From Arcobacteraceae bacterium (GTDB taxonomy: Bacteria > Campylobacterota > Campylobacteria > Campylobacterales > Arcobacteraceae), in contig CBDCZH010000001.1 of NCBI GenBank assembly GCA_965224485.1, positions 1 through 64,000 of the forward strand: a stretch of DNA of 64,000 nucleotides, read 5' to 3'. Positions 19,125-28,166 of this stretch are shown one piece after another; position 1 is the stretch's first letter; every line of letters begins with the position of its first letter. Under the pieces are notes generated by a model, which saw only the letters and a list, made by a program, of their open reading frames with translations, ran no database searches and was not told the DNA's origin. The position numbers were made by a program, and so were the translations under genes.

Positions 19125-19970
19125 ATGTTTGTATATCTTAATGGAAAATATTGTGAAGAAAAAGAGGCTTTAGTTTGTGCAAATGATAGGGGATACAACT
19201 TTGGAGATGGAGTGTATGAAGGTTTAAGAATTTATAATGGAAAAATTTTTAAATTAAAAGAGCATAAAAATAGATTTCAAAGAAGTTTAGATGCAATTAA
19301 AATTGATTTTACTCTTTCTACTGAAGTAGAAGAAGTTTTCCAAAAATTGTTTGTAAAGAATTCATATAAAAAAGAAGATGAATTATTTATGTATATTCAA
19401 ATAACAAGAGGTGAAGCACTACGAACTCACAGTTTTCCAAAAAAATCCATAATTTCTATGTATGCTTTTTTATGTGTAAAAGAGATTAATAAAAAAGACT
19501 ATACACAAGGAGTTCGAGTTTGTACCCTTGCTGATAATAGATGGGCAAGATGTGATATAAAATCTATATCTTTACTTAGTAATTGTCTTGCAAACCAAAT
19601 AGCAAAAGAAAAAAACTGCACAGAAGCTTTATTTGTACATGATGGTTTCATAACAGAAGGAACGCATACAAATGTGTTTTTTGTTAAAAATAAGGTAGTT
19701 TATACTCATTGCGTAACAAATAGAATTCTATCAGGTGTTACTAGAAATTTAGTACTAGAACTTTGTTTAAAAAATAAAATTGAATTTTGTGAATTTCCTT
19801 TTGGCTTTGAGCATTTAAATAATATAGATGAAGCTTTTCTAACAGGAACTACAGGGGAAATTACTCCTATAATTATGATTGATGATAATAGTGTTTTTAA
19901 TGCTAAAGTTGGAAGTATTACTAAAAGGCTTCAAGTTTTATATCAAGATGAAGTAAGACGAACTTCTTAG
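19125..19970 (+). CDS. dat: D-amino acid aminotransferase (class IV PLP enzyme)
   Basis: DRGYNFGDGVYE, RWARCDIKSISLL and ITEGTHTN motifs. Confidence 0.85.
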   Translation: MFVYLNGKYCEEKEALVCANDRGYNFGDGVYEGLRIYNGKIFKLKEHKNRFQRSLDAIKIDFTLSTEVEEVFQKLFVKNSYKKEDELFMYIQITRGEALRTHSFPKKSIISMYAFLCVKEINKKDYTQGVRVCTLADNRWARCDIKSISLLSNCLANQIAKEKNCTEALFVHDGFITEGTHTNVFFVKNKVVYTHCVTNRILSGVTRNLVLELCLKNKIEFCEFPFGFEHLNNIDEAFLTGTTGEITPIIMIDDNSVFNAKVGSITKRLQVLYQDEVRRTS

Positions 19971-19982
19971 TTTTTTAAATCT

Positions 19983-20010
19983 AAATAAAGAAGCTAGAGC
20001 TTCTTTATTT
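19983..20010. terminator. Bidirectional terminator
   Basis: AAATAAAGAAGCT-ag-AGCTTCTTTATTT between convergent genes. Confidence 0.75.
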
Positions 20011-20017
20011 ATTCTTT

Positions 20018-21376
20018 TTAAGAATTCTGTGTTTTTGAAATCACGTCTTTCATCTCTTGTTCTACATTTGTACTTATATGTAAATCTTCTTTTGAAATAG
20101 CTCCAGCATTTGGATCATTAAAGATTGATTCATCAAACTTACCTTCGCTTTTTGCAACAACGATTGATACAACAGCATCTCCTGATACGTTTACAGCAGT
20201 TCGAATCATATCTAATAATCTATCAACTCCTAAAATTAGACCAATTCCTTCAATAGGAAGACCAACTTGTGCAAATACCATTGATAACATAATAAGACCA
20301 ACACCAGGTACCCCAGCTGTTCCAACAGATGCTAGAACTGACATAATAATTACTGTTAAATAACCACTTATTCCTAATTCAACACCATATACGTTTGCTA
20401 TAAATACAGTAGCAACACCTTGCATAATTGCAGTACCATCCATATTAATAGTAGCACCAAAAGGAACAGTAAAAGAACCAACAGAGTTATTTACACCTAG
20501 TTTTTTAGTAACTGCTTCAAGTGTAACAGGAATAGTTGCATTTGAACTAGAAGTTGAAAAGGCAAATATTTGTGTCCCTCTTAGTTTTTTAAGTAGCATT
20601 TTTATACTTAAACCACCTGAGAATACTTTAAATACTATCATTAAAGTAACAAATAAATGAAGCATTAAAGCAGCAACAAGAACTAATACATAACCAGCAA
20701 GATCAGCTAATAAAGACAATCCTAAGTTTGAAATAGCTTTTGCAATTAAGGCAAAAACAGCATAAGGAGCTACATTCATAATGATATTAACCATATTCAT
20801 CATAGCTTCATTTAAAAGTTCAACACCTTCAACTAATTTCTTTGCTTTAGAACCCATCATTAAAATAGAAACACCTAACATAATTGCAAAGAAAATAATT
20901 TGTAACATTTTTCCAAAAGCCATTGCATTTACAGCATTGCTTGGAATAATATCAATTAATACTTGGCTTAAAGCAGGAGCTTCTTTACCAGTAAAAGCAA
21001 CAGTTGTTGTTAAATTAGCTCCTTCACCAGGCCCAATTATAGCAGCTAGTGTAATAGCCATAGCAATAGCAATTGCTGTTGTTAACATATATAATAAAAA
21101 TGATTTTCCACCAACTTTACCTAAGGTACCAATATTCCCAATTCCACAAACACCAGATATTAGTGAGAAAAATACTAAAGGTACTACTAACATCTTTAAA
21201 GCAGTAACGAACATTTTTCCAGCAATGTGAAATCCACCATTTACAATATATTCGTTGACAAAAGAACCAGCAACATTTAAACCTGACATATTAATACCAA
21301 GACCAACTAAAATACCAAGAAGCATTCCTAGTAAAACTTTTGAGGTTAAACTCATTTTATTTTTTTCTTGTGACAT
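20018..21376 (-). CDS. DAACS dicarboxylate/amino acid:cation symporter (GltP-like)
   Basis: FSTSSSNATIP, GATINMDGTA and DRLLDMIRTAVNVSGD motifs. Confidence 0.95.
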   Translation of the reverse strand: MSQEKNKMSLTSKVLLGMLLGILVGLGINMSGLNVAGSFVNEYIVNGGFHIAGKMFVTALKMLVVPLVFFSLISGVCGIGNIGTLGKVGGKSFLLYMLTTAIAIAMAITLAAIIGPGEGANLTTTVAFTGKEAPALSQVLIDIIPSNAVNAMAFGKMLQIIFFAIMLGVSILMMGSKAKKLVEGVELLNEAMMNMVNIIMNVAPYAVFALIAKAISNLGLSLLADLAGYVLVLVAALMLHLFVTLMIVFKVFSGGLSIKMLLKKLRGTQIFAFSTSSSNATIPVTLEAVTKKLGVNNSVGSFTVPFGATINMDGTAIMQGVATVFIANVYGVELGISGYLTVIIMSVLASVGTAGVPGVGLIMLSMVFAQVGLPIEGIGLILGVDRLLDMIRTAVNVSGDAVVSIVVAKSEGKFDESIFNDPNAGAISKEDLHISTNVEQEMKDVISKTQNS

Positions 21377-21591
21377 CTCTTCTCCTTTTTTTATATATCC
21401 AATTGTAATTTAAGTATAATTAAATTATAATTAACTAATAACTTATAAAGTTATTTGATAAGCTAGATTTAATTTTTGAATAGTGTTTAATTATTGATTA
21501 ATTACAAAACAGTTACTTATTAGTAGTTTAAATAAATCTGTTATTAATAATTTTAGAGTTACTATATTATAAATAAAAATAAGAGGTAAAT

Positions 21592-22983
21592 ATGGAAAAC
21601 GCTTTTAGAATAGAGAAAGACTTTTTAGGTGAAAAAAATATTGATATACATGCATATTATGGAATACAAACCTTACGAGCTAAAATGAATTTTGATATTA
21701 CGAAAACGAACATCTCTCTTTTTCCTAACTTAATAAAATCACTTGGAAAAGTAAAAAAAGCTTGTGCTTTAGCTAATTATGAATTAGGAGATTTAAGCTT
21801 AGAGCAAAAAGATGCAATCGTTCAAGCTTGTGATGAGTTAATTGATGGATTATTACATGATCAGTTTATTGTAGATCCGATACAAGGGGGAGCTGGAACA
21901 TCTACTAATATGAATGCAAATGAAGTAATAGCAAATCGAGCCTTAGAAATTCTAGGTCATCCACGAGCAGCTTATAATATTATTCATCCAAATAACCATG
22001 TTAATATGTCTCAAAGTACAAATGATGCTTATCCTACAGCTATTAAAATAACTTTACATGAATTGATTTATAAACTAAAAGCATCTTTGAGATACTTAAG
22101 AGATACTTTTGATGATAAGGCACATGAATTTAAAGATGTTATAAAAATGGGAAGAACTCAACTTCAAGATGCTGTTCCTATGACATTAGGACAAGAATTT
22201 AAAACATACTCTGTTATGATTGATGAAGATATTTTTAGACTAAGAGAAGCTCAAGCTTTACTAAAAGAGATAAATATTGGAGCAACTGCTATTGGAACAG
22301 GAATTAATACCAAGCCTAATTATAGAAAAATAGTAATTAAACACTTAAGAGATATAACAGAAATCGAATTTGATAATTCAGGAGATTTAATAGAAGGAAC
22401 ACAAGATACAGGTGTATTTGTTCATATTTCAGGAATTTTAAAAAGAGTTGTTATAAAAGTATCAAAAGTTTGTAATGATTTACGTCTTTTAAGCTCAGGA
22501 CCACGCGCAGGCTTTAATGAAATTAATTTACCAGCACTTCAACCCGGAAGTTCAATCATGCCTGGAAAAGTAAATCCAGTTATTCCTGAAGTTGTAAATC
22601 AAGTTGCTTATGATGTAATAGGAGCAGATACTACTATTTCTATGGCTTGTGAAGCCGGGCAGTTACAATTAAATGTATTTGAGCCTTTAATTGCATATAA
22701 ATTATTTACTTCTATTAATATGATGAGAAGATCATTTTATACCTTAGCTGATAAGTGTATTATAGGAATTACTGCTAATCCTGAGGTTTGTATGGCATAT
22801 GTATTAAACTCAGTAACTATAGTAACGTCTTTAAATCCAATCTTAGGTTATGAAAAATGCTCGCTTTTAGCAAAAGAAGCTTTAAGTACTAATAGAAGAG
22901 TATATGATATCGTTCTAGAACAAGAATTATTTACAAAAGAAGAGTTAGACGAACTTTTATTACCAAAAAATATGTTACATTAG
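21592..22983 (+). CDS. aspA: Aspartate ammonia-lyase
   Basis: QGGAGTSTNMNANE, GRTQLQDA and GSSIMPGKVNPVIPE motifs. Confidence 0.95.
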   Translation: MENAFRIEKDFLGEKNIDIHAYYGIQTLRAKMNFDITKTNISLFPNLIKSLGKVKKACALANYELGDLSLEQKDAIVQACDELIDGLLHDQFIVDPIQGGAGTSTNMNANEVIANRALEILGHPRAAYNIIHPNNHVNMSQSTNDAYPTAIKITLHELIYKLKASLRYLRDTFDDKAHEFKDVIKMGRTQLQDAVPMTLGQEFKTYSVMIDEDIFRLREAQALLKEINIGATAIGTGINTKPNYRKIVIKHLRDITEIEFDNSGDLIEGTQDTGVFVHISGILKRVVIKVSKVCNDLRLLSSGPRAGFNEINLPALQPGSSIMPGKVNPVIPEVVNQVAYDVIGADTTISMACEAGQLQLNVFEPLIAYKLFTSINMMRRSFYTLADKCIIGITANPEVCMAYVLNSVTIVTSLNPILGYEKCSLLAKEALSTNRRVYDIVLEQELFTKEELDELLLPKNMLH

Positions 22984-23013
22984 TTTGATTAAATAAGTAT
23001 AGTAGAAGAGAGT

Positions 23014-23044
23014 AGATTTTAAGATTTTAAGATTTTAAGATTTT
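23014..23044. repeat. 8-bp tandem repeat (AGATTTTA) about 3.9 copies, overlapping the aat stop codon
   Basis: Read directly from the sequence. Confidence 0.75.
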
Positions 23045-23692
23045 GAAATACTCTTCTCTGCTTATTTCTTTAGCTCCCAGTGAACTCAAGTGTTCATTAT
23101 AAACCTGACAATCAATTAGTTTAATATTATTTGCAGTTGCTTGCTTGCAAAGGTGATAAAAAACTACTTTAGAAGCATTATTTTCTAAACTAAACATACT
23201 CTCTCCACAAAAAATACCATTTATTAATAAACCATATAATCCACCAACTAACTTTTCATCTAAATAACACTCAATAGAAAAAGCATAACCTAAATTAAAT
23301 AAATTTATATATGCTTGAATGAACTCATCACTAATCCATGTCTCATCTTCATGTTTTCTTTTAATACTAGAACATGATTTTATTACCTCTTCAAAGTTTT
23401 CATTTGATTTGATTATAAAACCTTTGTTTTTAAGAGTTCTTTTTAAACTTTTAGAGACTTTAAATTCACTTGGATATAAAACCATTCTTTTTTTAGGGCT
23501 ATACCAATGTATATGATTATATTCATCAATAAACCAAGGAAAAAGTCCAGATTCATATGCTTTAATAATTCTTTGTGCTAAAAAATCCCCACCTATGCAA
23601 ACTAAATCATCTTTCATTTGCTCTAAAGTAGGGAAGGTAAGTGTATTGTGATCTAAAAGGTAAATACCTTGTTCTTTATCTAATAATTCCAT
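23027..23692 (-). CDS. aat: Leucyl/phenylalanyl-tRNA--protein transferase
   Basis: AYESGLFPW, TWI, LVGGLYG, FCGESMFS, ASKV and IDCQ motifs. Confidence 0.95.
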   Translation of the reverse strand: MELLDKEQGIYLLDHNTLTFPTLEQMKDDLVCIGGDFLAQRIIKAYESGLFPWFIDEYNHIHWYSPKKRMVLYPSEFKVSKSLKRTLKNKGFIIKSNENFEEVIKSCSSIKRKHEDETWISDEFIQAYINLFNLGYAFSIECYLDEKLVGGLYGLLINGIFCGESMFSLENNASKVVFYHLCKQATANNIKLIDCQVYNEHLSSLGAKEISREEYFKILKS

Positions 23693-23753
23693 ATTAAAGC
23701 AATTTTATCTTAAAAGTTTTGAAATCAACTTAAGAATTAAAAGATGGTTTTTT

Positions 23754-23795
23754 TTGATTTAAATCATAAGTAAAAAATATTTTTATAGTTATACT
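23754..23795 (+). promoter_or_regulatory. FNR-like box TTGATTTAAATCAT at -41.5 and -10 TATACT of a leaderless cytochrome c gene
   Basis: Box at 23754-23767, TATACT at 23790-23795, ATG 6 nt later, no SD. Confidence 0.7.
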
Positions 23796-23801
23796 TACTA
23801 A

Positions 23802-24155
23802 ATGAAAAGTATATTAATTCTTTTTTTACTCTTTAGTTTTTCTTTTGCTTCTTATGGGGAGTTATTATTTAATGGAAATTGTTTTACTTGCCATAAAATA
23901 TTAACATCTAAAACTGCTCCTTCCTTAAGACAAATACAAAAAACTTATAAAAATGCCTTTTTAAATAAACAAGATTTTATTTCTTATATGAGTGCTTGGG
24001 TTTTACAACCAAAAGAAGAAAGCTCTTTAATGCAAGAATCTATTAGAAAATATAAACTTATGCCTGAATTAGGATATCAAGAAGAAGTACTTAAGGATAT
24101 AGCTTCTTATATCTATGAAAGTGATTTTTCCAAATTAAGAGTAATAGGAAGATAA
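23802..24155 (+). CDS. Monoheme cytochrome c
   Basis: Signal peptide, CFTCH heme motif, distal LMP methionine. Confidence 0.9.
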   Translation: MKSILILFLLFSFSFASYGELLFNGNCFTCHKILTSKTAPSLRQIQKTYKNAFLNKQDFISYMSAWVLQPKEESSLMQESIRKYKLMPELGYQEEVLKDIASYIYESDFSKLRVIGR

Positions 24156-24988
24156 AAAGTTAAATCAAAATCGCTTAAAGAAGAAGTGAAATGATTCTTA
24201 TGGTAAATAGTATAAGGAGGAATAGTTTTTGCCTCATAAGAAGAATTAGGAAGCCAAAAGTGATAAACATATCTAATAAAATGTAAAATATCACCATATT
24301 TCCCTTGTAGTTTGAAAACTGCACATAAAGAAGAAGGAAACTCAAGTATAGAAAAAGCTGAGGTAAAATCTTTAGGAACTTCAATACAAGCAACATACTC
24401 GCAATCTTTTAAAGGAATAATACTTGGATTATCATGATATAAAGCAAGCTCTTTGTATTGTGTTAAACCTTCTTCATAAGCATAAGCTTTTAATTTCTCC
24501 CAAACCTTTATAATATTTTTAGAATATCCTTTTTCTCTTATATAAATACAGAAAAAAGAATCAATGGCTTGTATTTTTACTTCAATATTGCAAAAGTCCC
24601 TTTTATTTGGAAACTCTTTTAAAATTTCTTTTGAATACTTTTTATAATCTTCTTCCCTCCATTTTGTGGGTGTAGACTTAAACTTCTTTTTAAAAGCTTT
24701 TATAAAAGAGGAGTGAGAAGAATAACCACATTTATTAGCAATTTGACTAATGCTTGAGTACTTATTTGTAATTAATAAATTTGCAGCTTTTTGTAAACGT
24801 ATTGAAGTAAGAGCTTCAAAAGGAGTTTTATTTGTTACTTCTTTAAAGATTCTTAGAAAATGGTATTTACTAATAGAGTTAATTTGGGCTAAATCATCTA
24901 AACTTATATTTGTTTCTAAATACTTATATATATAAAAATAGCTGTTATTGATGATATTTAATTTTTTTAGTTTAGTCTCTCTTTTCAT
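24113..24988 (-). CDS. AraC family regulator with a C-terminal GyrI-like domain
   Basis: SKYHFLRIFK...CGYSSHSSFIKAFKK double HTH; YHDNP and WLP GyrI-like motifs. The likely start is ATG 24988 (MKRET) after AAAGGT. Confidence 0.9.
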   Translation of the reverse strand: MKRETKLKKLNIINNSYFYIYKYLETNISLDDLAQINSISKYHFLRIFKEVTNKTPFEALTSIRLQKAANLLITNKYSSISQIANKCGYSSHSSFIKAFKKKFKSTPTKWREEDYKKYSKEILKEFPNKRDFCNIEVKIQAIDSFFCIYIREKGYSKNIIKVWEKLKAYAYEEGLTQYKELALYHDNPSIIPLKDCEYVACIEVPKDFTSAFSILEFPSSLCAVFKLQGKYGDILHFIRYVYHFWLPNSSYEAKTIPPYTIYHKNHFTSSLSDFDLTFYLPITLNLEKSLS

Positions 24989-25123
24989 TTTCTTACCTTT
25001 TTGTAAATAAATAGGATTTATGTAAGTATAACTAAATAGCAATATAAGACAAATAAATTGAAATTTAAGATAAAGACTTTAATTTATTTTTCTCCTATAC
25101 TTTAAAAATAAAAAGGAGAAAAA

Positions 25124-26215
25124 ATGAAGCGTTCATATATAAGAGAAATACTAGATAATATAAAAGAAGATACTATTTCTTTTGCAGGTGGTTTACCAAA
25201 TGAAGATCTCTTCGCCCTAGAAGAAATAAAAAAAGCTTGTAACATTGTATTAAATGATAAAAAATCTTTACAATACTCTTCTTCTCGTGGTATCTTATCT
25301 TTAAGAGAAGAAATTGCTTGCATGTATACAAAAATGTATAATTTTAAAACTTCTAGTGATGAAATTTTAATAACGACAGGAAGTCAACAAAGTTTTGATT
25401 TACTTGCTAAAACTTTTTTAAAAGATGAAGTATGCTTAGAAGAACACTCATATTTAGGAGCTATAAGTGCTTTTAAAATAATGAAGTTAAAAATAAAAGA
25501 GTTTAAAAAGATTAATGAACTGAAGGACCTTTTAAATAAAAATAAAGCACTATATTGTATGAGTGATTTTTCAAATCCTAGTACAAAAACATATAATAAA
25601 AAACAAAGAGAAAAACTTTTATCAGTTTTAAATAAAAAGAAATGTTTTTTAATAGAAGATGCCGCTTATTCTTTGTTGAGTTTTTCTTCTAAAATACATA
25701 AACCATTAAGTTCTTCATACAAAAAATCTTTTCACTTAGGTTCTTTTTCAAAAATAGTAGCTCCTGGATTAAGAATAGGTTTTATAAGAGCTAAAAAAGA
25801 GTATATAGATGAACTTCTTATAGCAAAAGAATCAGCAGATTTACATACATCAACATTTACACAAATGATTCTTTTTGAGTATTTAAAGAAAAATGATTTA
25901 ACCTTACATTTAAATATAATAAGAAAAGATTATAAAAGTAAAATGAAGTTTATGTCTAAGTGTTTTAAAAAGTATATTCCTTCTTTTTCTTTTGTAAAAC
26001 CAAAAGGTGGTATGTTTATATTTGGAAGTTTTAAAGAAGATAGTATGAACCTTGCTACAAAAGCACTTAAGTACAAATTAGCTTTTGTTCCTGCTTATGT
26101 TTTTTCCTCAAAAAATAAAAGATCAAATTATGCAAGATTTAATTTTTCTAATGCTAGTTATTCTGAGATAGAAAAAGGAATAAAAATATTAAAAAAAATC
26201 CTAAAAAAGGGGTGA
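25124..26215 (+). CDS. PLP-dependent aminotransferase class I/II (LysN/MocR-like)
   Basis: ISFAGGLP, TGSQQ, IEDAAY and GSFSKIVAPGLRIG motifs. Confidence 0.92.
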   Translation: MKRSYIREILDNIKEDTISFAGGLPNEDLFALEEIKKACNIVLNDKKSLQYSSSRGILSLREEIACMYTKMYNFKTSSDEILITTGSQQSFDLLAKTFLKDEVCLEEHSYLGAISAFKIMKLKIKEFKKINELKDLLNKNKALYCMSDFSNPSTKTYNKKQREKLLSVLNKKKCFLIEDAAYSLLSFSSKIHKPLSSSYKKSFHLGSFSKIVAPGLRIGFIRAKKEYIDELLIAKESADLHTSTFTQMILFEYLKKNDLTLHLNIIRKDYKSKMKFMSKCFKKYIPSFSFVKPKGGMFIFGSFKEDSMNLATKALKYKLAFVPAYVFSSKNKRSNYARFNFSNASYSEIEKGIKILKKILKKG

Positions 26216-26358
26216 TATAAACTCTATTTATATAGAAAAAATCATAAAAATAATTATCTTTTGTAAATAATAAAATAACTCCTATTATTAGCCAATCTTA
26301 CATTAGCTAGTTTTTATGAATTTTTTTGTACAATCTTTTTTTAATACTAGGGATAAAG

Positions 26359-27657
26359 ATGGGATTTTTTAAACTAAAAAAACATGAGACAACAGTAAAA
26401 ACTGAATTTGTAGCAGGTTTTACTACTTTTTTAACAATGATGTATATAGTTCCAGTTAATGGATTTATATTAGCAGACGCAGGTCTACCAATGGCTGCCG
26501 TTGTAACAGCAACAGCAATAATAACTATTTTAGCGACTTTGTTTTCTGGACTTTGGTCAAATACTCCAATTGCTATGAGTGTTGGTATGGGACTTAATGC
26601 ATATTTTTCATATGGTTTAGTTTTAGGTATGAAAATACCTTGGCAAACTGCCTTAGGAATCGTATTTATTTCAGGGCTTCTTTTTGTAATCTTGTCTTTT
26701 ACAAACTTTAGAGTATGGATAATGACTTCAATTCCAATGGCACTAAGACGAGCAATATCAGCAGGTATTGGTACTTTTATTGCTTTTATTGGTTTAAAAC
26801 AAATGGGAATGATTGTTTCAAGCGAAGCAACACTAGTTACTTTAGGTGATTTTTCAAACCAAAATGTTGTTTTAGGAGTTATTGGACTTTTATTAGCGTT
26901 TGCATTTTATGCTTATAAAATCAAAGGTGCTTTTATTTTCTCAATTGCAATAACTTCCGTTATTGCTTGGACTTTTGGTATAGGAACACCTCCTACTGAA
27001 ATTTTTGCAGCACCTGCTTCAATTGCACCAATTATGATGCAACTTGATATTACAAGTGCTTTTACTTTAGCACTTTTTCCAGTAGTTGTAACATTCTTAA
27101 TAACAGATATGTTTGATACTTTAGGAACACTAACAGGAGTTGGAACACGAGCAAATCTATTTCAAGAAGATAATAAAGATGATAAATCTTTACAAAAAAC
27201 ACTAGAAGCTGATGCGGTTGCTACTGTTGCTGGAAGTTTATTAGGTGTGTCAACAACGACTTCATTTATTGAGAGTGCTTCTGGTGTTGAAGCTGGTGGT
27301 AGAACTGGTTTAACAGCAGTTTTTACAGCTATGTTTTTTATTTTAACACTATTTATGTTACCTATATTCAAATCAATTCCTCCAAATGCAATTTACCCTG
27401 TACTTGTAGTTGTTGGTGTTTTAATGTTCTCAGAACTAGGTAAAATCAATTTTGAAAAATTAGATTTAGCAACAAGTGCAGCTGCATTTTTTATAGTTAT
27501 ACTTATGCCTTTAACTTTTTCTATTACAAATGGAATTGCTGTAGGGTTTATTATATATACAGTTTTAAAATTAGCAAAAAATGAAAGAAAAGATTTAAAT
27601 ATTGGTATTTTATTATTAACGTTTATCTCTTTATTTGTTTTTATATTACAAGGATAA
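26359..27657 (+). CDS. NCS2/AzgA-family purine permease
   Basis: AGFTTFLTMMYI, GMGLNAYF and FIESASGVEAGGRTG motifs; likely start ATG 26359. Confidence 0.93.
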   Translation: MGFFKLKKHETTVKTEFVAGFTTFLTMMYIVPVNGFILADAGLPMAAVVTATAIITILATLFSGLWSNTPIAMSVGMGLNAYFSYGLVLGMKIPWQTALGIVFISGLLFVILSFTNFRVWIMTSIPMALRRAISAGIGTFIAFIGLKQMGMIVSSEATLVTLGDFSNQNVVLGVIGLLLAFAFYAYKIKGAFIFSIAITSVIAWTFGIGTPPTEIFAAPASIAPIMMQLDITSAFTLALFPVVVTFLITDMFDTLGTLTGVGTRANLFQEDNKDDKSLQKTLEADAVATVAGSLLGVSTTTSFIESASGVEAGGRTGLTAVFTAMFFILTLFMLPIFKSIPPNAIYPVLVVVGVLMFSELGKINFEKLDLATSAAAFFIVILMPLTFSITNGIAVGFIIYTVLKLAKNERKDLNIGILLLTFISLFVFILQG

Positions 27658-27660
27658 TTA

Positions 27661-28110
27661 TTGATAGAAAAGTATTATTATGGGTATGATGAGTTTAAAA
27701 AAGATACTCAAGTTTTAGTTAACAAATGCAGAGATTATGAACCTGATGTTTTATTAGGTGTTGCTAGAGGTGGACTTACTTTGTCTCACCTTATGGCACA
27801 AGCTATGAATATGAGAAATTTATTTACTTTAAATTCTATTCATTATGAGGGAGATTTAAAATTATCTACATTTAATATTTTTAATATTCCTGATATGGCT
27901 CATGCAAAAAAGGTTTTAGTAATTGATGATATTGTTGATTCTGGTGAAACAATGAGAGAAATTCTTAAAGTTTTAAGAGAAAAGTTTCCCCAAACGCAGT
28001 TTAAATTAGCTACAATATTTTATAAACCAACAGCTGTTATAAAAGCTGATTATACTGTTAAAGTTGCTGATAAGTGGATTGACTTTTTTTGGGAAGTAGA
28101 TGTAGTATAA
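27661..28110 (+). CDS. Purine phosphoribosyltransferase (Gpt/Hpt-like)
   Basis: VARGG and VLVIDDIVDSGETM PRPP-binding motif; W(I)DFFWE. Confidence 0.9.
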   Translation: MIEKYYYGYDEFKKDTQVLVNKCRDYEPDVLLGVARGGLTLSHLMAQAMNMRNLFTLNSIHYEGDLKLSTFNIFNIPDMAHAKKVLVIDDIVDSGETMREILKVLREKFPQTQFKLATIFYKPTAVIKADYTVKVADKWIDFFWEVDVV

Positions 28111-28166
28111 ATAAATTTTAAGAACTAATACTAAGATATAGCATAAAAGTAAATTGGTGTTGTTAA

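Noticed and set aside
20781..21230. 149-aa antisense ORF inside the DAACS gene, and the similar short shadow ORFs throughout the track (e.g. 488, 2840, 4401, 6272, 15402, 27162, 45093, 52454, 60602)
   Set aside because: They lie antisense to or out of frame within well-supported genes and have no motifs or ribosome-binding sites.
26216..26358. Purine riboswitch upstream of the NCS2 permease
   Set aside because: I could see no conserved aptamer core or plausible three-stem junction; an Infernal scan would be decisive.
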